A DNA stretch of 63,890 bases, the filler included. It is 10 parts of 10 records of this genome, joined end to end, with 100 filler letters (N's around TTAATTAATTAA, not from the genome) between each part and the next. Parts side by side here need not be neighbours in the genome. Positions count along the whole stretch, not along the records: positions 55,521 to 59,293 come from SRR15195285_1446; positions 59,394 to 63,890 come from SRR15195285_1448; 8 more parts are not named here. One strand, given 5' to 3'. Below the pieces are notes generated by a model, which worked only from the letters and a program-made list of their open reading frames with translations, searched no databases and was not told the origin of the DNA. This document shows positions 57,317 through 63,890 of this stretch, in pieces; positions within the stretch are counted from its first letter, which is position 1; every line of letters begins with the position of its first letter. Both the position numbers and the translations under genes were made by a program.

Positions 57317-58996
57317 CTAGATGATGTCCACATCTGACGTCTCTAGCTGCTCTGCTACAGCTGGCACCTTCTTCTTGTCGTGCTCATCCTTCCATCTGAA
57401 TTCATCATCCGTCAGTATTGGTGGCTGCAACGGCGTCACGCGGACGCTGTCCCCCTCGCGGTTCAAGCACACCGCCCAGCAATAGCCATCACCTCCAGCT
57501 TTCATCCCAGATGCCGAAACCCAGTTCTCTCCCACTCTTAGCTCTGATATAAAGCCGAGCCGTTCGCCATTTTTGTAAACAGTGAGGCTGCATAAGGCTA
57601 GATCCAGCACCAGTCCGATGCGATCACCTTCAATTGCGTTTCTCATTCCGGCCCACTTGCGCTGGCCCGGGTGCAAATGCCCTGTGTTAGTGTAGTAAAA
57701 GCAGTGATCTCGCTCGAAGTACACGCCACTGCCATTGCGTCCGCGCTCTGCTTCTCCCCGCTCGACGTCACTGGTACACCAGTTAGGCCGCATGATTCCA
57801 AAAAGCATGAAATCACCTTTTAAAAGTGTAAATTCTGCGTGGTGGCGTCCGTCCCGCATCACGCTTCCTGTCCGAATATACTGGTAGCTTCGATCGGTCG
57901 ACTCTTTGACAATAGTCGCAACGCATCCTGACTCTGTAAGCTGGAACGGTTGCTGCTCCGCGGACATGCTCTCGTCCAGAGTAAAAGAGACCGACGCCGC
58001 CGCGGCTGCAACCCGTTGCTTCGCCCGATGACGACGAGAGGCTTCAGCCTTCTCTCTCGCAGCGCGCCACCGATTTTGAATCATACTCGCGGCCACAGTC
58101 TGCTTTTCCTCTTCCGTTTCGAGCATGTGAAGTGGCGCGCCGGTGAACGCCAGCGCACCAAGCGCAGTTGCTTTGTACAGCGCCTCTTCTGCCTGCCGCT
58201 GCTGTGCTTCCTTGAGCGCTAGCTGCTCGGCCTCATACGCGGCCAGGTCCTCTTCTTCTTTCTGCTTAGCCGCAAGCGCCGCAGCTTGCTCGTACTCGCT
58301 GGGCAACGGCTTGGCCTCGATCTGCACCTTAGAGCCTTGGCCATACATGCAAACTGCCCAGCAGAACTCGCCTGAGAGGCCGCTGCTAGTGATCATGCCA
58401 AGTCGCGCTTCATTCTTGTAGACCGTGAGACTGCCTGCCTCGAGGTCAAGCAACAGTCCAACCCTATCCCCGTCTCGCGCACCCTCGCACCCATCCCACC
58501 GCAGAGGCCCCGGATACCTGAAACCTGCTCGCGTGTCGTAAAAGCAGTGCCCGTCAACGTCGTATGCGTTTTCTGCCCGCTCAACGTCGAACTCAGGTCG
58601 GATCACGCCGCAGCAGCAGCCGTCCACACGCTTTAGCAGTGTAATCTCGACGAAGTGCTGCCCGGAACCCCTCATCGGCGTCTGTGCGCTGCTCGCCGCT
58701 GTGAGGTACCCTCCTCCGCGTACATCCACCGCCGCCTGTTTTTTATCCTCGGAGAGCGTGACTTGGATATGATCCAGGCCATCGAAGCGGTTCGTGCATC
58801 GCGCGAACGGGACTTCTGCGACCTTCGCTCCCAGGTTGAAGGACGAGATGCCTTGCGACCTGGTGCGGCACATCAATTTGCGCTCCTTGGGCGAAACCTC
58901 GGCCAGAGTCTCCTTCCAACTGTCTTGCGGAGACGCTTCTTGAGCAATCTGCCGCGCCCCGTGTGATGCAATCTCCCATTTCAACGACGACGCCAT
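57317..58996 (-). CDS. Tandem SPRY/B30.2 domains separated by a coiled coil and an IQ motif
   Basis: Two copies of G.H..E.TL...G..RP...HCFY.T..G..P....W.G......GDR.GL.LDL...SLTVYKN..RLG....CWAVC. IQ motif AASMIQNRWRAAR lies between them. Confidence 0.88.
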   Translation of the reverse strand: MASSLKWEIASHGARQIAQEASPQDSWKETLAEVSPKERKLMCRTRSQGISSFNLGAKVAEVPFARCTNRFDGLDHIQVTLSEDKKQAAVDVRGGGYLTAASSAQTPMRGSGQHFVEITLLKRVDGCCCGVIRPEFDVERAENAYDVDGHCFYDTRAGFRYPGPLRWDGCEGARDGDRVGLLLDLEAGSLTVYKNEARLGMITSSGLSGEFCWAVCMYGQGSKVQIEAKPLPSEYEQAAALAAKQKEEEDLAAYEAEQLALKEAQQRQAEEALYKATALGALAFTGAPLHMLETEEEKQTVAASMIQNRWRAAREKAEASRRHRAKQRVAAAAASVSFTLDESMSAEQQPFQLTESGCVATIVKESTDRSYQYIRTGSVMRDGRHHAEFTLLKGDFMLFGIMRPNWCTSDVERGEAERGRNGSGVYFERDHCFYYTNTGHLHPGQRKWAGMRNAIEGDRIGLVLDLALCSLTVYKNGERLGFISELRVGENWVSASGMKAGGDGYCWAVCLNREGDSVRVTPLQPPILTDDEFRWKDEHDKKKVPAVAEQLETSDVDII

Positions 58997-59293
58997 CGCG
59001 CAGAGACACACAGCGTGCGCTTTTGCAATGCTCGCTCCACCGGTGTGGGCAGCGCAGAGCTCAGCACCCCAGCAGCATCACCCCACACCGCGCACAGGGA
59101 GCATGAGCGACCTCGCCACAAGCCTCGACAAGCGCGGCCACTAGCACGCACGACGTCAATCGTCGCGTCGCGTGGTATGCGCGCGTATACACATTTTTAT
59201 GGCCTGTACGACTGTGCGCGCCGTGTACCGGCGCACACCTACCTTATTATAAACACCCCATCCGGCCACGGCCCTCCATGCAAATTAGATCTA

Positions 59294-59393
59294 NNNNNNN
59301 NNNNNNNNNNNNNNNNNNNNNNNNNNNNNNNNNNNNNTTAATTAATTAANNNNNNNNNNNNNNNNNNNNNNNNNNNNNNNNNNNNNNNNNNNN
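59294..59393. other. Artificial contig-joining linker
   Basis: N44-TTAATTAATTAA-N44. Confidence 0.99.
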
Positions 59394-59868
59394 CTTTCGA
59401 GATAAGCTGGTGAGAGCCCTTACGTAGAAATGCATTATTCTGTACTCGTGCCCGCGCGCGCGCGCGCGTGCGTATCGCCGGTGGTCGGTGCGCTCGAGCG
59501 CTCGCGCCACCACAAGCTGGGTACTGCACCAGGATTGCTCCTCGCGCTCCTGGAGTGTCGAATTCTGGAAGAGGTACATGTACAGTGAGGCACAGGAAAA
59601 CTCGTAGCGGATAATTGGTGGAGCTGGATTGGAATAAGGTATACAGTATGAAAAAGTCAGATGTACACGGGAAACAAGTACGACTTGCTAGCAGTACCAG
59701 TAGTTCGCCCCCGCGGGCGATCGAAGAAGCTTCGTCTCGCAAGCATTCGGCGTGCGTGCCCGCCACGGAGTGCTGGCGCTGTGGAGGTGTACAGCTGTAC
59801 ACACACGACGGCGGTCAAGCGGGCGGGGCCGCCCGGGCGTGTGTTCGCGCGGTCCGAAACGCGAAGCG

Positions 59869-62401
59869 ATGTTCCTTTTCGCTGCCGCCGTCGTGCTCGT
59901 CAACGTTGGCAGTCCCGGTGCCGATTCTGGCTCGTCGCTGCATGTACGCCACCTGCAGTTGGAGCTCGAGCAGCTGCGCCGCGAAAACTCGCAGTTGCGT
60001 CAAGACAACGAGCGCCTGTCGAACGAACAGCAGCGTCAGCCACCGTCAGTGCATGTACCTCTGGAGGAATTGAAGGGCAGCAAGCCGAACCTGCTGATCG
60101 TTTTTGGGGGTGCGCAGCATGCCATGCGTGGTGGTAATTGTACACGCACTGTATATGACCATTATGTGTGGAAGCAACTTTTTCGCATGCGCAGCGCAAG
60201 CGGCGCGCGTGTGGGCCAACTGGGACGGTTGCTGACGAGTTCTGACCGTTCCTGTTCAGATGATGTTGGTTATGGTGATCCCAATTGTTTCGGACATCCG
60301 ACAGCCCGTACACCAAACCTGGACAGGATGGCCGCCGAGGGTGCCAAGCTTGTGCAGTATCTCAGTGCTGCCAACATCTGCTCGCCATCTCGCGGCAGTC
60401 TGATGACAGGCCGTCTGTACGGCCGGCTCGGGATATGGCCAGGCACATTTTCACCGTCAGCTGTGGGTGGGTTGCAGAAGAACGAGACCACTCTTGCCAC
60501 GGCGCTCCGAGGCGTGGGCTACACCAGTGGGATGGTCGGAAAGGTCCGCTGCACTGTTGGCCAGCCAGCCGGCTACCCTCGCGCGTGCGTCGTGCAAATG
60601 CCGACTGGCAACGATCTCTGCTCACGTAGTGTATATGGTTTTGCGCAGTGGCATTTGGGCCAAAGGCAGTTCTTGCCAGTCGAACACGGATTCGATTTCT
60701 ATTTTGGCGTACCAATGACTCAGAACACGTGTGTCAGCAACATCGATTCACCTGGATCCGTCCTTCCTGGAAATAGCACTGCCAATCCGTACGGATCCCA
60801 CGTCGGCCCGTGCCCAGTTTTACGTGACGCAACGGTCGAGGAGCAGTCCGATCTATTGCATCATAAGTTGTTGGACGTCATGGATATAGATGACCGCTAT
60901 GATGCGGCGGCGGAGTCATTCATACGCAATGCGTCAGCACACCGTAGACCGTGGTTCTTCTACTTTAGCTCGCATCACACACACGCGCCGCAGTTCGCGC
61001 CACCTGAGTTGACGGGTTACACTCCCCGCGGTTTGATGGGCGACTCGCTTTCTGTACTAGATCGCTCTGTGGGACGTCTATTTAACCTGACTGCGAACCT
61101 GGAGATCGACTCTCGAACCTTGACAGTATTCTCTGGTACGCACCATCATCCACGCCACTCAACTGTTTATCTGGGTCTGACGGTTGTTCCACCGGTGCCG
61201 AATTCAGCTGATAATGGTGGGGCACGGTACTGGGGACCCGATATCGGTGGTACGCAATCGCTTTGCAACATTGCAATGCGTTGAAAACCACACTGATGTT
61301 CAGCATTGCACGGCTTCATTTATGCTGTTGTTGATATTGCTGTGGCCCAATACATGCATGGCGGGGCTGCAACGTTCAGGCTCGAACGGAGAATTTCGTT
61401 GTGGAAAGGAGACGACATACGAGGGAGGCCACCGTGTACCTACTATAATCCACTGGCCAGGTATTTTGAAGCCAGGCACGGTCAATACGAAGCTGCTCAG
61501 TAGCCTCGATTGGTTCCCTACATTTGGCTTCCTCGCGGGATATGCTCTGTCGCCCAACGTGGAGTGAGACTTTGAACGGATCAGCAACTTGCATTCCAAT
61601 TGTTTGTTGGTTGATAGATGCCTCTGACACAACGTGCTATACAATGCTCAAGGTATGACGGAGTCGATATATCCGCGGCGCTGTTTACGGACGCGCCGAG
61701 CCCACGGAGAACCTTCTTTTATCATTCAACTGATGAGACGCTGCACTCTCAGTCGAATGTCGGCAACGAAACGGGTGGGCTTCCCACAGATCCCACTAAG
61801 CCAGACATGCCACTACTCATGGCGGTACGGAAAGATCAGTACAAGCTGCACATGTACACGCGTGGGGCTCACGCGTTGCGCCCAGATGTTGGGCGCCCAG
61901 ATTGGGCTTACCCAGATTGGGCGTGCACTGACGCACTTAGGAATCACACCGACGCGCCAGTACTCTTTGATCTGCACAAAGATCCTGGAGGCAAGACTAC
62001 CCTTCGATCCATATATGCCAATGTTTTGAATCTATGTTTCCGTGTGGGTTCTAAGTGACTCAAGACTATCTTCTGGATGACTGTGTTGTGTAGAGCGAGT
62101 CCCTCGGACCCCGTGCTCAGAATGGGATGGAGCTTGGCCAATAAGAGGCAATGGCAGGGAATCTCCATCGAATTGGCACTCCGGTTGCATGACGACAACG
62201 AACTACAAACGCGTCGTTGCTGAACTGAGCGCTATCTATTACGATCATGTGCAACGATTCCCAATGGTAGTATCGCAGGTGTGGAGGGGATCTGAGCCAG
62301 ATCGCTTCCCTTGTTGCAGCCCCGGCTGTTCTCCCCTGCCAGAGTGCTGCCGTTGCAGCACACCCGAGCACAGCGCGCTTGCAGAGGCGCTAGGTTTATA
62401 G
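59869..62401 (+). CDS. Arylsulfatase (family S1, ARSA/ARSG-like), secreted; introns 60110-60259, 60544-60648, 61136-61207, 61250-61379, 61564-61652, 61991-62093 (GC-AG)
   Basis: KPNLLIVFGDDVGYGD, TPNLDRMAAEG, CSPSRGSLMTGR (formylglycine motif), GKWHLG, HGFDFYFGVP, HHTHAP, ADNG, CGKETTYEGGHRVP, LFDLHKDPGE, and terminal PCCSPGC..CCRC. All are recovered after splicing. Confidence 0.95.
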
Positions 62402-62518
62402 CCATGCTACGGACGCTAGCGCGGATCTACGCAGTAAAGTAGGATATCCCGGGTCTGTGAGCGGCGGCTGATGCACGATTGGTGTATTGTTTCATTCACG
62501 GCAGTTATTGTTTGTGGC

Positions 62519-62761
62519 CCTCCGTCGCAAACGTTGTTGATTTCGATAGAGGACACGTGTGGCCAAGCGTTCGCCTTCATCTTGGACGTCACCAAATATG
62601 TTGTTCAGCTTGCTACGCGACTCATGGCATTTCCTTGAGAGCCTCCCATAGCTGTGATCCTCCGTCGCAAACGTTGTTGATTTCGATAAAGGACACGTGT
62701 GGCCAAGCGTTCGCCTTCACCTTGGACGTCACCAAATTGTTCAGCTCGCTACGCGACTCAT
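62519..62761. repeat. Near-identical direct duplication of about 105 bp (62519-62625 and 62659-62761)
   Basis: Both copies read cctccgtcgcaaacgttgttgatttcgata...gctacgcgactcat. They differ by three substitutions and a 4-bp insertion. Confidence 0.95.
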
Positions 62762-63719
62762 CAAGCAGCAAACTGCTGCCATGGATAGTGCCAAGGATGA
62801 CGCCTGCTCCAGCGACGCATTGCACGTCACATCAGATTCTAGTTGTATTTTAAGGAGGCTACACCTTCCACCCATGGTCCATTGATGTTTGATAGCGTTG
62901 CGAGTCACAAGTGGCACGGTAGCAACGAAAGAATGTGGCGGGCGTACTTTCTGTAGTTTCTTCCCAAAGCGCCTGCGCAGTAGACAGCCTGCCCGTAGCA
63001 TCTGGCGGAGTGTTGCCTACTTTGTCAAGATAGTCCATCATTCGCTTTATAGGGAAGGCCTTTGTCTTGCTGCTCGCATAGCAGCTGTAGGTGAGGGCAC
63101 TGTTCCGCTCAGCCACCTTGCCACCGTAGCCGGAGCAGGCATTAGCAGGGACATAGTTTTCGTTCCAACAATCGAAGATCGCCATCATGTATCCACCCCC
63201 TGGCAGCTCGTACTTTGCACGTGCTGCGGCAACAGTCAGCCCCTTGAGGTCTGTGCAGTCCGTTACCCATTTGATCGAGCGGACCGCCAGTAGCTTCTGC
63301 ACTGCCGCAGCGCAGCCGCTGCCGCTGCAGTCGGTGACCCCAAGGACCACCAAGTCCTCTGGCTGTGTGTTGTTGGCGCACCAACTTACGATCTCGTCTA
63401 TGGCACCTTCCATGGGATAGTCGATTGTCACAGAGCCGTGGTGCATGACCAGTTTACCTCCATCCAGCAGTGTCGGTCGCCAGTCAAACCCGCGTGCTCC
63501 GCAGTTCAGCTCACCCGCAGTGCCCACGGGAGGCTGCGTGATCGTCCAGTCTAGGACCGTCTTGTTCAGCAGGTGCCCTTCTCGCAGATACGTCGTAGCA
63601 GCATCATGCACCATAATCATTGGCCACTCGTTGAGGACAGTCGTGTTCGGGTCGCGAGCGCGCGCCCCTTGCAGACTGCACGACAGCATGATGAGCAGCC
63701 CCGGCGTGACGCGCACCAT
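62622..63719 (-). CDS. Secreted PI-PLC-like (PLC-like phosphodiesterase) protein; intron 62947-62804
   Basis: Signal peptide, then IMVHDAAT, TQP...ELNCGARGFDWRP, MHHG, and WC...EDLVVL, as in bacterial-type PI-PLC X domains. Confidence 0.75.
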
Positions 63720-63890
63720 GTACAGTATGCTGCGTTGGTGTTCTGAAGGGCAAGTTGTTGCCAGCAGCCGCCGCCGCAGCCGCGGAGCGAGCGAGGCTCC
63801 GTCGTCGCGCACAGACCCGCCAGGGCGCCACCGCACCGCCGGTGCGCACGTCGTCCCTGCTAAAACACCGATGACTGAGGGTGGGACCAA

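Noticed and set aside
5755-59393. Nine identical TTAATTAATTAA palindromes as a repeat array or recombination sites
   Set aside because: Each is embedded in exactly 44+44 Ns. This is an artificial six-frame-stop linker, not biology.
62519-62761. CRISPR-like repeat-spacer unit
   Set aside because: Only two copies of about 105 bp, one of them coding, in a eukaryotic context with no cas genes.
1-63890. Gene-cluster or operon interpretation of the whole window (e.g. a polysaccharide-utilisation locus)
   Set aside because: The genes lie on ten separate contigs, so adjacency across linkers is meaningless.

Overview
This is not one continuous locus. It is ten short contigs (about 3.8-15.4 kb) joined by nine identical artificial 100-bp linkers (N44-TTAATTAATTAA-N44). 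The DNA comes from a gene-dense, GC-rich unicellular eukaryote that uses the standard genetic code and has short spliceosomal introns (about 70-200 nt, GT-AG plus one GC-AG). Recurrent EPEPEP linkers and many secreted carbohydrate/sulfate-acting enzymes suggest a marine heterotrophic protist; this is reminiscent of Picozoa-type single-cell assemblies but cannot be determined from the sequence alone. About 24 protein-coding genes can be modelled by hand. They include an anoctamin, an ankyrin/EF-hand protein, a FYVE-Vps45 fusion, a cytochrome b5 reductase, two beta-helix proteins, a beta-lactamase-fold hydrolase, a GH39-like enzyme, a TPR-PX-WD40 protein, a GUP1/HHAT-like MBOAT, a CaMKK, an SDR, a SPRY-IQ-SPRY protein, an arylsulfatase and a PI-PLC-like protein. 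The most striking candidate is the 3-exon gene at 23056-26602. It encodes a putative DNA-binding (CG-1-like) domain, a phage-type Peptidase_G2 intramolecular-chaperone autocleavage domain, a single transmembrane helix and a Cys-rich HRM-like/SRCR ectodomain. That layout would make it a MYRF-analogous self-cleaving, membrane-tethered transcription factor or receptor built from different parts. No rRNA, tRNA or CRISPR array was seen. All domain calls come from motif recognition by eye, not from database searches.
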